Shown here in pieces: positions 19,840-29,324 of a stretch of DNA of 64,000 nucleotides. The DNA comes from Deinococcales bacterium (GTDB taxonomy: Bacteria > Deinococcota > Deinococci > Deinococcales > JAAFIG01), in NCBI GenBank assembly GCA_043778225.1, contig JAYWGM010000015.1:1-64000 (forward strand), read 5' to 3'. The position numbers and the translations under genes were made by a program. Position 1 is the stretch's first letter. The number at the start of each line of letters is the position of its first letter. The notes beneath the pieces are model-generated. The model saw only the letters and a program-made list of their open reading frames with translations. It ran no database searches and was not told the origin of the DNA.

Positions 19840-21066
19840 ATGGCGCGTTGTTCTTTTTGTGGCAAAGCTGCCCACGAAGTCGAGCATTTGATTGAATCGC
19901 CACGCGGCAGTGCTTGGGTTTGTAACGAGTGTGTGGCTCAGGCGGCTTCGATGCTCAATGCCGCCAAGCCAGTTGCACCCAGTAAATCTGAGCCATTTGT
20001 ACTCGAGAATGTGCCAACCCCAAAAAGCATCAAAAAACATTTGGACGAATTTGTGATTGGGCAAGATGCCGCCAAAAAAGCCGTGGCGGTGGCGGTTTTT
20101 AATCATTACCAAAGGTTGTTGCACCCCGAAGCCGAGTTACAAAAATCAAATATCTTACTGATTGGCTCGACCGGCACAGGTAAAACCTTGATTGCCGAGA
20201 GTGTCGCACGGATGCTTGAAGTGCCATTTGCAATTGCTGATGCCACCACTTTAACCGAGGCTGGCTATGTTGGCGATGATGTCGAAAATGTCTTGGTGCG
20301 CTTACTTCATGCGGCGGGAATGGATGTCGGCAAAGCCGAGCGCGGCATTATTTATATTGACGAAATTGATAAAATTGCCCGTAAATCTGAATCGGCAAGC
20401 ATCACCCGCGATGTCTCGGGCGAAGGGGTACAACAAGCGCTCTTAAAGTTGCTCGAGGGGACAGTTGCCAATGTGCCACCGCAGGGTGGGCGCAAGCATC
20501 CCGGCGCAGAATTGGTCACAATCAACACCAAAAACATCTTGTTTATTTGTGGTGGGGCGTTCGATGGTCTTGAGACAATTGCTAAGGCACGACTTAACCA
20601 AAACATTGTGAGTTTTGCTCGAGTGGCGGCTAACCAAACCAAATTGCTCGAGTTTATTCCCGAAGACCTGATTAAATTCGGCATGATTCCAGAGTTTGTG
20701 GGGCGTTTACCGTTGGTTGTGGCATTGCAAACCCTTGATGAAGCTGCCCTGATTTCGATTTTAACCGAACCCAAAGGCGCATTGGTCAAGCAGTACAAGC
20801 AACTCTTTGGGTTGGCTGGAGTCAAACTCGAGTTTAGCCTCGAAGCCCTTAAAGAAGTGGCGGCTCGAGCCATCGGGCGTGGTACAGGAGCGCGTGGCTT
20901 ACGGGCGGTTCTCGAGCCAATGATGACCGAAATGATGTTTGAATTGCCGTCTGATGGCATCAGTAGCATCAGCATTGAGCCAAAACACTTAGATGCACCA
21001 CTTGAAGCGTTACCGACGCAGCATATGTTACAACTTGAGTCTAGTACACTCAAGAAGAGCGCTTAA
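19840..21066 (+). CDS. clpX: ATP-dependent Clp protease ATP-binding subunit
   Basis: CSFC...CNEC zinc finger, [33 protein letters not shown]. Confidence 0.97.
   Translation: MARCSFCGKAAHEVEHLIESPRGSAWVCNECVAQAASMLNAAKPVAPSKSEPFVLENVPTPKSIKKHLDEFVIGQDAAKKAVAVAVFNHYQRLLHPEAELQKSNILLIGSTGTGKTLIAESVARMLEVPFAIADATTLTEAGYVGDDVENVLVRLLHAAGMDVGKAERGIIYIDEIDKIARKSESASITRDVSGEGVQQALLKLLEGTVANVPPQGGRKHPGAELVTINTKNILFICGGAFDGLETIAKARLNQNIVSFARVAANQTKLLEFIPEDLIKFGMIPEFVGRLPLVVALQTLDEAALISILTEPKGALVKQYKQLFGLAGVKLEFSLEALKEVAARAIGRGTGARGLRAVLEPMMTEMMFELPSDGISSISIEPKHLDAPLEALPTQHMLQLESSTLKKSA
21034..21054. promoter_or_regulatory. HAIR (HspR-associated inverted repeat) upstream of lon
   Basis: Perfect CTTGAGT-N7-ACTCAAG, inside the clpX 3' end about 260 bp before lon. 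Confidence 0.8.
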
Positions 21067-21313
21067 ACGTCACTCAGGATACATATGTTTCTTAGACTCG
21101 AGGGGTAAACTTTCCGACATGAAGTTTACGGCTCGAGTTTTCGTCATTAGCTAAGGCATCAAGAATGAATGTCGGGTATTGACGCTGTTTTCTTCTGTAG
21201 TCTTGTTATAATCATTTTGGTAAAAGCATCACCAAGAAGTATGCTAAGGCGTTCGACACCGCCTAACAAGCGTGGCGGCGCATCAGAGCGTACAACCCAC
21301 AAAGGAGAAATTT

Positions 21314-23797
21314 ATGCGCTGGGAGTTACCTGTTCTTGCTTTAAGAAGTTTTGTGTACACGCCAGGCAATCCTCATAGTGTGGCGGTCGGTCGTGCTAAG
21401 TCACGGCGCAGCGTCGAGGAAGCTCAGGCTTCTGACCGACGGGTGATTTTACTGACGCAACGCGATCAGAATACCGACGACCCAAGTGTTGACGAGTTGT
21501 ACGAAATTGGTACACTCGCGGCGATTAAACAAGTCGTGCGGATGCCAGACCAGACACTCGAGGTTTTGGTCGAGCCAATCGAGCGGGTCAAAGTGACTGG
21601 CGTTTTGCCACTGCCATACTTGCGGGTGATTGCCGAAACGGTCTATCCAGTCGTGGATGCCGATGCCAATACCTTGCGGGTCTTAATAGACGAAGCCAAA
21701 TCTGGCTTTGACAAATACGTCGGGCAGAATAAAAATATGCGGCTCGATAACATTCACCTCGAGCATTTGCGCCAACTGACCGACCCCGGCGCGATTGCTG
21801 ACACGATTACGCACCATGCCACTTGGGAAGTGACCGATAAGCAAGGTATCCTCGAGCTACTCTCGATTCGCGGACGCTTAGAAAAAGTGATTGGCTTTTT
21901 GAACCGCGACCTCGAGCGCTTTGAGATGGACAAGAAAATTGCGGCTCGAGTCAAAGAACAAATGGATCAAAATCAGCGCGAGTATTATTTGCGCGAACAA
22001 ATGAAAGCCATTGGTAAAGAACTCGGTGGCGGCGAAGAAGCTGTGGTTGAAGCCGACGACTTGCGCCAAAAAATCGAAAATGCTGGAATGCCCGAAAAAG
22101 TCAAAGAAAAAGCCTTAAAAGAACTGGCGCGGCTCGAGCGCACCCCCGGAGGCAGCCCTGAAAGCAGCGTGGTACGAAATTACCTCGATTGGTTGCTCGA
22201 TGTGCCTTGGACTAAGCGCGATGATGAAATTTTAGAAATCAGCCGCACTCGAGAAATTCTTGATGCTGACCACCATGGTTTAGAAGAAGTCAAAGAACGC
22301 ATCCTCGAGTTCTTGGCGGTGCGTCAACTGACCCAAGGAATGCGCGAAAGCCTCGAGAACCAGCCAGCCCAAGACCGCGATGCCAAAGACAAAGAAGACA
22401 TGGCATTACGCGCCCCAATTTTGTGCTTGTCCGGACCTCCGGGGGTTGGTAAAACCAGCTTGGGCAAAAGCATTGCTCGAGCCTTGAATCGTCAGTTTGT
22501 GCGGATGAGCCTTGGCGGGGTGCGCGACGAAGCCGAGATTCGTGGTCATCGCCGTACCTACATCGGTTCGTTGCCCGGGCGGATTATTCAAAGCATGAAG
22601 CAAGCTGGCGTGGTCAATCCAATTATTTTGCTTGACGAAATAGACAAAATGAGCAGCGATTGGCGCGGCGACCCTTCCAGCGCGATGCTCGAGGTCTTAG
22701 ACCCAGAACAAAACCACACCTTCCAAGATCATTACTTAGAAGTCCAGTACGATTTAAGCCAAGTCATGTTTATTACCACTGCCAACAACCTTGGCAACAT
22801 CCCACGCCCATTACTTGACCGTATGGAAGTGATTGAAATTCCCGGCTATACCTTGCAAGAAAAAATTCAAATTGCCAAAGGTTTTAGGCTGCCAAGGCAA
22901 ATTAAATCGCATGGCTTAGAAAATAAACTCGAGGTTTCGGATAAAGCAATCGAGCGAATTGCACAGGAATACACCAAAGAAGCGGGCGTGCGTAACCTTG
23001 ACCGCATGATTCAAAAACTTGCCCGCAAGATTGCTCGAGAAGCCCTCGAGAAACCGTGGGAAGGTATCAAAAAGGTAGATGGAGACAACGTAGAAGATTA
23101 TCTTGGTGTGCCGATGTTCGAGATTGAATCTAAAGAAAAGAAAAGCCAGATTGGGGTCTCGACCGGGCTGTATTATTCTTCGGTTGGCGGCGGGATTCTC
23201 TTAATCGAAACCCTTGCCACACCGGGGACTGGTAAGGTCAGCTTCACGGGTTCTTTGGGCGATGTAATGAAAGAATCGGTGCAAGCCGCAATTGCCTATT
23301 TACGGGCTCATGCCACCGAATATGGAGCAGACCCAGATTTCCATAAGAACCTTGATATTCACGTTCACTTCCCAAGTGGCGGAATGCCCAAAGATGGACC
23401 GAGTGCCGGTGTTGCCATTGCCACCAGTGTGATTAGTGCCATCACTAAGCGTCCGGCTCGAGCCGATATTGCCATGACTGGCGAAATTAGTTTGCGCGGC
23501 AAGGTTTTAATCATTGGTGGCGTTAAAGAAAAACTGCTTGGCGCATATCAAGCTGGTATTCGTAAAGTCTTGATTCCCAAAGGCGACGCGCCATACCTTA
23601 AAGATGTCCCCGAAACGATTTTGCGCGAACTCGAGATTACCTTGGTCGAAGATGTCCGTGAAGTCCTTAATACCATGCTTGAGCCATTACATCCAGTTCA
23701 GGAAGCGGTTGTTCCACCCAGCAATAATCAGTTTACTGCCGATGATACCCCAGCCATTCCGCCGACCGCCGTGATTCCAACCCAGCCCGGTGCTTAA
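21314..23797 (+). CDS. lon: Lon protease
   Basis: GPPGVGKTS, DEIDK, PKDGPSAG, GGVKEK. AAGGAG RBS before ATG 21314. Confidence 0.97.
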   Translation: MRWELPVLALRSFVYTPGNPHSVAVGRAKSRRSVEEAQASDRRVILLTQRDQNTDDPSVDELYEIGTLAAIKQVVRMPDQTLEVLVEPIERVKVTGVLPLPYLRVIAETVYPVVDADANTLRVLIDEAKSGFDKYVGQNKNMRLDNIHLEHLRQLTDPGAIADTITHHATWEVTDKQGILELLSIRGRLEKVIGFLNRDLERFEMDKKIAARVKEQMDQNQREYYLREQMKAIGKELGGGEEAVVEADDLRQKIENAGMPEKVKEKALKELARLERTPGGSPESSVVRNYLDWLLDVPWTKRDDEILEISRTREILDADHHGLEEVKERILEFLAVRQLTQGMRESLENQPAQDRDAKDKEDMALRAPILCLSGPPGVGKTSLGKSIARALNRQFVRMSLGGVRDEAEIRGHRRTYIGSLPGRIIQSMKQAGVVNPIILLDEIDKMSSDWRGDPSSAMLEVLDPEQNHTFQDHYLEVQYDLSQVMFITTANNLGNIPRPLLDRMEVIEIPGYTLQEKIQIAKGFRLPRQIKSHGLENKLEVSDKAIERIAQEYTKEAGVRNLDRMIQKLARKIAREALEKPWEGIKKVDGDNVEDYLGVPMFEIESKEKKSQIGVSTGLYYSSVGGGILLIETLATPGTGKVSFTGSLGDVMKESVQAAIAYLRAHATEYGADPDFHKNLDIHVHFPSGGMPKDGPSAGVAIATSVISAITKRPARADIAMTGEISLRGKVLIIGGVKEKLLGAYQAGIRKVLIPKGDAPYLKDVPETILRELEITLVEDVREVLNTMLEPLHPVQEAVVPPSNNQFTADDTPAIPPTAVIPTQPGA

Positions 23798-23820
23798 TGT
23801 AACAAATGTCATAGACATTG

Positions 23821-23849
23821 CCCCATCCTCACCAAAGGATGGGGTTTTT
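23821..23849 (+). terminator. Rho-independent terminator of lon
   Basis: CCCCATCCT-CACCAA-AGGATGGGG-TTTTT. Confidence 0.85.
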
Positions 23850-23934
23850 CATAATAGATATAGGGTAAAGTAACTCGCGTTGCTGGTACGAATCGGCTGG
23901 CAAGTCATTTCAAACCAGATTTTTAGGAGAAAAC

Positions 23935-25113
23935 ATGAACAATAAAACCAAAGTATTCGCCGCCCTTGCCCTGTCCGCCGCTTTCGGTGTGGGTATGGCA
24001 CTTCAAGCCAAGTTCACCGATGTTCCCGCCAACCTCTGGGCAGAAGGTGCAGTCAACCGCATGGTTGCCGAAGGCATCATCAACGGCTACCCAGACAATA
24101 CCTTCCGTGGCAATAACAGCGTCAATCGTTATGAAGTGACCACCATGTTTGATCGCTTAATCTCAGGCAAGCGTTTTACCGCCCTCGAAGGTAACGCCCA
24201 AGCTGCCGCAGGTGTCAGCAGCGATATTTCTGCCTTGCGGGCTGCCAATGTCAGCAATGCCAGCACGATTGCCGCCCTGCAAGCCGATTTGGCTGCCTTA
24301 AAAGCCGCCGCCAGCAGCACGACCACCACCAGCCCCGCAGTCAATACCGAACTGAACGCAAAAATTGTTGCGATTGAAGAAAAAATCGCTGCACTTAGCA
24401 CCACCGACAGCGCTTCAAACGACCGTTTGGCAGCCCTTGAGGCTTCGTTCAAAGCTGCCCAAGACAGCGAAAAACCAACCAATTCAGAAATAGATGCCCG
24501 TTTGACTGCGCTTGAAGCCAGCAGCAGCAGCACGGCTGCCTTGACCACCCAACTCGAGGCACAAAATGCTCGAGTGACGGCACTTGAAGGTCAGGTACGC
24601 ACGTTGAACACCACTGTTGCAGCTTTACAACGCACCGTCACCGAACGCCCAACTGCACCTGTCGTGACCGAACCAACCACACCACCCGTTGTCACGACCC
24701 CAGATGCTCCAGCCACACCAGTCGCAGTCAGTACCCCAACCCTCACCTTGAGCGGCGGCATTTCGACCAACTTGATTCCAAGTGGTCCATACGTTGCTCC
24801 TTTGGGCTTGGGCGCGTTTGTGGCAGTTGGCTTAAACCTCAGCAATGACTTTAGCATTCGTTTAAGCGGCGACCTCTCGGAAATTCCAAGCGCTGGCGCA
24901 AACTTAATTTTTAACCTCGGTGGCGGCTTGTACGCTGGCGTGGGTGGCGGTTTGGTCTTTGCTGGCGGCGGTGTTTACGCTGGTGGCGTGCTTGGCTTTG
25001 GCTTTGATATTGCCCAGAACTTTGGCTTATTCTTAGAAGCCAACCCACGCTTTAACTTTGGTAACTCGAGCTTTGGGATTAAAACTGCCCTTGGCTTGCG
25101 CTTAGGTCTGTAA
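23935..25113 (+). CDS. SLH-domain envelope protein (SLH, coiled coil, P/T linker, small beta-barrel)
   Basis: Signal peptide, FTDVPANLWA...GYPDNTFRG...NRYE SLH motif, heptad repeats, amphipathic C-terminal strands. Confidence 0.85.
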   Translation: MNNKTKVFAALALSAAFGVGMALQAKFTDVPANLWAEGAVNRMVAEGIINGYPDNTFRGNNSVNRYEVTTMFDRLISGKRFTALEGNAQAAAGVSSDISALRAANVSNASTIAALQADLAALKAAASSTTTTSPAVNTELNAKIVAIEEKIAALSTTDSASNDRLAALEASFKAAQDSEKPTNSEIDARLTALEASSSSTAALTTQLEAQNARVTALEGQVRTLNTTVAALQRTVTERPTAPVVTEPTTPPVVTTPDAPATPVAVSTPTLTLSGGISTNLIPSGPYVAPLGLGAFVAVGLNLSNDFSIRLSGDLSEIPSAGANLIFNLGGGLYAGVGGGLVFAGGGVYAGGVLGFGFDIAQNFGLFLEANPRFNFGNSSFGIKTALGLRLGL

Positions 25114-25128
25114 ATTTTCTAAGCTCTC

Positions 25129-25158
25129 AACGCCTCGAGATTAGCTCGAGGCGTTTTT
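25129..25158 (+). terminator. Terminator whose stem is built from two CTCGAG sites
   Basis: AACGCCTCGAG-ATTAG-CTCGAGGCGTT-TTT. Confidence 0.8.
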
Positions 25159-25225
25159 ATTTAGACTCAAGACTTGTTATCCTGATAACGTTTACAGACC
25201 TCAAAAAAAGCATAGACTTGCGGTC

Positions 25226-26383
25226 ATGCAAAAAATTCTATTGATGATAGGTACAGGGTTAGCCCTTGCCGCCGCTACCGCCCTTGGACAAAATACGCCA
25301 CGCCCAGATGCACCGACACTGGCGGCTCGAGGCACACACCAAGTCGGCGTTCGTACCCTTCAAATCGAAGATGCCAGCCGTAAACGCCCTTTGACACTTG
25401 AGGTTTGGTATCCCGCCACATTGGCAGCCAACCAAAGCGAAAGCACCATTTATAAAGCTGCCATTGGTGCAACCAAATTTGATTTGGCTGGACGGGCTGC
25501 CCGCGATGCAACCCTCGAAACTGGCAAATTTCCATTGGTGATTGTCTCGCACGGACAGGCTGGCTCGAGATTTATCATGACCTACCTGACCGAGCATTTG
25601 GCTTCGCAGGGCTATGTGGTGGCTGCCATAGACCATACGGGCAGCACTTATGGCGATATTACTGCCCCAGCCTATATCTCGAGCATCGTAGACCGCCCTT
25701 TGGATATTTTGTACAGCATTGGTGAGGTTGCAAAAGCCATCAGCACCGCCGACGGTAACAATGTGGCTTTGATGGGCTACAGCTATGGTGGCTATTCGGT
25801 CTTAAATGCGGCTGGTGTTGGTTTGGACAAAGCCAACCTCGAGGCTTACTGCAAAGCCAGCAATAACGAAGGTCCTTGTTTTGCTCTGCCGTACTTTGAT
25901 GGCTTGACCCCAATTCGAGGCTCGAGTGTTGTCAAGCCAGACCCACGAATCAAAGCCGTCTTTGCGATGGCACCTTATGGTACGCCGTGGCTGAGTGCTA
26001 AACAACTTGCAGGGCTGCGCGTTCCACTGTTTGTGGCGTGTGGTGAAAGCGATGATGTGGCGGTCTATAAACGCGATGCTCGAGCCGCTTTTTTACGGGC
26101 TGGATCAAAAAAATACTTACTTTCCTTGCAATCAGCTTCGCACAATGCTTGGACCAATAACCCGCCCGAAGTGGCTCGAGGCAACTGGACAGACTACGAA
26201 CGTTGGTTTGAACCAGCTTGGGATCGCGAGCGCTTGAACGACATTACCAAGCATTTTGCAACTGCATTTTTAGCCCAGAACTTATCTAAAAATACCAGCG
26301 CCGACCAATACCTGACCAGCAAACTGGGTGGTTTTCGTCCACGCACCACGATTGGCATTAAACTCGAGGTCGGTAGGCAATAA
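25226..26383 (+). CDS. Secreted alpha/beta hydrolase (dienelactone hydrolase/PAF-AH-like)
   Basis: Signal peptide, VWYPA, SHG, GYSYGG nucleophile elbow. Confidence 0.85.
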   Translation: MQKILLMIGTGLALAAATALGQNTPRPDAPTLAARGTHQVGVRTLQIEDASRKRPLTLEVWYPATLAANQSESTIYKAAIGATKFDLAGRAARDATLETGKFPLVIVSHGQAGSRFIMTYLTEHLASQGYVVAAIDHTGSTYGDITAPAYISSIVDRPLDILYSIGEVAKAISTADGNNVALMGYSYGGYSVLNAAGVGLDKANLEAYCKASNNEGPCFALPYFDGLTPIRGSSVVKPDPRIKAVFAMAPYGTPWLSAKQLAGLRVPLFVACGESDDVAVYKRDARAAFLRAGSKKYLLSLQSASHNAWTNNPPEVARGNWTDYERWFEPAWDRERLNDITKHFATAFLAQNLSKNTSADQYLTSKLGGFRPRTTIGIKLEVGRQ

Positions 26384-26392
26384 TCTATACGC

Positions 26393-26433
26393 CCAATAAA
26401 AAAACGCGAATCCAAAAGGGTTCGCGTTTTTAT

Positions 26434-26436
<3 letters not shown>
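26393..26436. terminator. Bidirectional terminator
   Basis: AAAAACGCGAATCC-AAAA-GGGTTCGCGTTTTT. Confidence 0.75.
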
Positions 26437-26520
<84 letters not shown>

Positions 26521-26582
26521 GAGGGCGGAAGAGAGAATACAGATGCAAAGCGTCTTTGTCAAGCCCAATGTTAAGATGAACC

Positions 26583-27278
26583 ATGAAACCACGCATTGGG
26601 ATAACGGTCAGCAGCACTAAAGATTCTAGCTTGCAGCGCATCTGGAGTGGTACTGCCTTGGCATACTCGGCAGGGATTCTAGCGGCGGGCGGATTGCCAG
26701 TGATGTTGCCAAGTCTTGTGGGTACTGCCACAGCCCAACTCGAGGGCTTAGATGGGATTTTATTTTCGGGCGGTGTTGACCCAGACCCAGAAATTTGGGG
26801 CGCAGACCACGAAGCTGGCTTGGGCGAAGTGGACGAATTGCGCGATACTTTTGAACTCGAGTTGTATGCTGCCACTCGAGCGAGCAAAAAACCAATTATG
26901 GGCATCTGTCGTGGCTTTCAACTGATTAACGTGGCTGCTGGCGGCACATTGTTTCAGCACATCCCAAAATCAAATGGTCTTTGGGCAGACCACCGCCAAA
27001 CTGCCATCCCACCAACCCTTGGGCATAGGGTACAAATCGTGGCTGGAACAAGGTTATTGCAGGCGCATGAGGTCGAATCCCTGCGGGTCAATTCGTACCA
27101 CCATATGGGAATCGAAAAACTCGCGCCAAGCCTGACCGCCAGTGCAATTGCGCCAGATGGTCTGATTGAGGGCATCGAAGCCGAAGGGATGATTGCAGTC
27201 CAGTGGCATCCAGAATTACTTTGGCAGACACACCCAGAACACTTAGCGCCATTCAAAGCCTTTTTGGGGATGTTCTGA
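26583..27278 (+). CDS. Peptidase C26 / gamma-glutamyl-GABA hydrolase family
   Basis: GICRGFQ, VNSYHH, QWHPE. Confidence 0.92.
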   Translation: MKPRIGITVSSTKDSSLQRIWSGTALAYSAGILAAGGLPVMLPSLVGTATAQLEGLDGILFSGGVDPDPEIWGADHEAGLGEVDELRDTFELELYAATRASKKPIMGICRGFQLINVAAGGTLFQHIPKSNGLWADHRQTAIPPTLGHRVQIVAGTRLLQAHEVESLRVNSYHHMGIEKLAPSLTASAIAPDGLIEGIEAEGMIAVQWHPELLWQTHPEHLAPFKAFLGMF

Positions 27279-27766
27279 AAGCTGTTTTCTCGAGAAGTTG
27301 GACTGATGTTTTTGGCACTGCCTTTATTCACCTCGAGGGTGGTACAGGAGAACAAACCGTGCTGCTGCTTTGTCCGCTCGAGCATGGGCAGATGATTTTA
27401 GATATGCTCAAGAAATTTATATGGTTCAAAGGACGCATTACCTTAGCGGTACTCGAGCAAAACCACAGCACACTGATAGAAGCTGCCATACGTTTTCTCG
27501 AGCCAAAGAAAGTTGTTGCGCTTGATGCTGAACAGATTGTTTCAAGCAGCGATGCGTTGCACCTCGAACCACAAGTTTTTATCAGCAGCACAGGACTCGA
27601 GTACAGACATGGCGGGAATTTTGCTGCGTGGGACTCGAGTTTAGGGATTGAAGGCGTTCATGGCTCGAGTCTATTGGCAAGTGCAAGCGGCACAAATTCG
27701 GTAATTGCCTGTCATCCCCGAGAATTAAACTCGGTACTCCAAACCATTTTTACTGTTTTCGCTTAG
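27203..27766 (+). CDS. Hypothetical protein (start uncertain)
   Basis: Fills the gap between neighbouring genes; no recognisable motif. Confidence 0.5.
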   Translation: MASRITLADTPRTLSAIQSLFGDVLKAVFSRSWTDVFGTAFIHLEGGTGEQTVLLLCPLEHGQMILDMLKKFIWFKGRITLAVLEQNHSTLIEAAIRFLEPKKVVALDAEQIVSSSDALHLEPQVFISSTGLEYRHGGNFAAWDSSLGIEGVHGSSLLASASGTNSVIACHPRELNSVLQTIFTVFA

Positions 27767-29247
27767 AAACTCATCGTTCTACGAAACAACCGCGCCTCAA
27801 AAGCCCCCCAAGTTGGCAACACTCGTAAAATAGGAGCATGAGAAACACTCGAGAGTTTAATCCCCAAATTCTCGAGAACTCTATCCACGCCTTGGTCACG
27901 CCCAGTGTTAAACAGCGCGTACTCGGCATCTGGAATCATAAAATCTGGTTGGATTTTACTGGGCAACGGTGTGCCATCAGTCCAAAAAGCCCGAACTGTT
28001 GGCATTGAAGCTGCGCCTCCATTGGCAAGGGCAAAACGAAACGTATTGGTATCCCCAATTCCAGTCGTGGTTAGCCCTGTAATCGGAGCGCGTTTAGCCC
28101 GTTGCACCCGACTGACCAAATACTCGCAAGCGCTGGCACAACCACCATCCACCAACAAACCCAATGCGCCCTTGTACAAAACAGGGTTTTTGACGCTGGT
28201 GCGCCCCAATTCAACCCCTGAAAGTTTACGGAAAACATACGTGCCAGTCTCTTTTAACCAGATTTCTTCATTGGTGTTCTTATCAGGATTGTAACGCGGC
28301 ACAAACCGAATAGGCTCTGGATTATCCATAAAAGCACCCAAAGACATCAGGCTTTCAGAAGCATAACCACCTCGGCTACCACGCAAATTCAGCATAATCG
28401 CTTTGACCTCTTTATCCATTGCGATTTTGACAAGATTATGAACCTGTTGAGCGACACCCAAAACCAGAAAATCCGTAATTTGAATCATCGCAACATTATT
28501 TTCATCAATAAACATTGTCGGAAAAGGCGCAGCGTTAATAATCTCACCATTGACTTCGATGTTCACCGGTGTTTTACTCGAGCCACGCAGAAAATGAAAA
28601 ATCAGTTTTTCTCGAGCCTGAGTTTTTGAAGTCAACGCACTCAAAAAGGTTGCATAATCCGTAACAGCCGTAAAACTCGAGAAGTATGTGTTGTTGTACC
28701 CAATCCATCTATCGCCGTACCGAAAACCCGCTTTTTCGGCAGGACTTCCCGCCACGACATTTAACACCAAACGATCAAAACCCTGAAGCACCACTTCTTT
28801 CTTAGCAATTAACTCGAGTAAAGCAGGTGAAAAACCACCAATCGGAACAATTTGCTTTTGGTATTCGGCAAACGCCGCATGACTAAACCCCAAGCGCGGC
28901 GAAGGCGTTGTGACCGTACCAGTGCTTTGCTGATTTTCGGCTGCCAGCACCGCAGGACTCATGTAAAAAGCATGAAGGTCTTGGAGTTCATCCATCATCG
29001 TCGCAACAACAAATTCAACCGTTTCATAACTGCATTGCAATTGTGCCGTCGCACAAACCTTATCCACCTCGAGTTGATACTTGGCAATTAGGGACAGCAT
29101 ATTGACCTGACTAGGACCAAAATACTGAGTCTCGAGGAAAAAAGCAGCTTGGTCAAATAAATCTTGGGCTGGACTACCAATGAATTTTTGAGCAAAAACT
29201 GAACTCGAGAAGACAACAACACTTAAAGCCAAAAGAAATCTCTTCAT
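27763..29247 (-). CDS. S41-family peptidase with PDZ domain
   Basis: Signal peptide MKRFLL, GSPAEKAG PDZ, NLRGSRGG, ASACE. Confidence 0.88.
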   Translation of the reverse strand: MKRFLLALSVVVFSSSVFAQKFIGSPAQDLFDQAAFFLETQYFGPSQVNMLSLIAKYQLEVDKVCATAQLQCSYETVEFVVATMMDELQDLHAFYMSPAVLAAENQQSTGTVTTPSPRLGFSHAAFAEYQKQIVPIGGFSPALLELIAKKEVVLQGFDRLVLNVVAGSPAEKAGFRYGDRWIGYNNTYFSSFTAVTDYATFLSALTSKTQAREKLIFHFLRGSSKTPVNIEVNGEIINAAPFPTMFIDENNVAMIQITDFLVLGVAQQVHNLVKIAMDKEVKAIMLNLRGSRGGYASESLMSLGAFMDNPEPIRFVPRYNPDKNTNEEIWLKETGTYVFRKLSGVELGRTSVKNPVLYKGALGLLVDGGCASACEYLVSRVQRAKRAPITGLTTTGIGDTNTFRFALANGGAASMPTVRAFWTDGTPLPSKIQPDFMIPDAEYALFNTGRDQGVDRVLENLGIKLSSVSHAPILRVLPTWGAFEARLFRRTMSF

Positions 29248-29324
29248 AGGCATTTTATAAAAGCTAGGCAACTCAGTAAACAGACTGGTTTTTGACCTGA
29301 AACAACCTAAGAATCAAAGCAAAA

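Noticed and set aside
19658..19840. 60-aa ORF, and the similar 62-aa ORF at 34805..34993, as small protein genes
   Set aside because: Their shared [11 protein letters not shown] is simply the translation of the 39-bp element and heptamer repeats.
20352..21053. Long antisense or overlapping ORFs (e.g. 20352..21053, 44952..45719, 53073..53756, 7059..7652)
   Set aside because: They are shadows of well-supported genes on the opposite strand, with SSS/SR-rich translations driven by CTCGAG and no motifs.
21179..21212. TTGACG...TATAAT as a canonical sigma-70 promoter for lon
   Set aside because: The spacing is 22 nt, too long for a -35/-10 pair; the -10 alone may still function.
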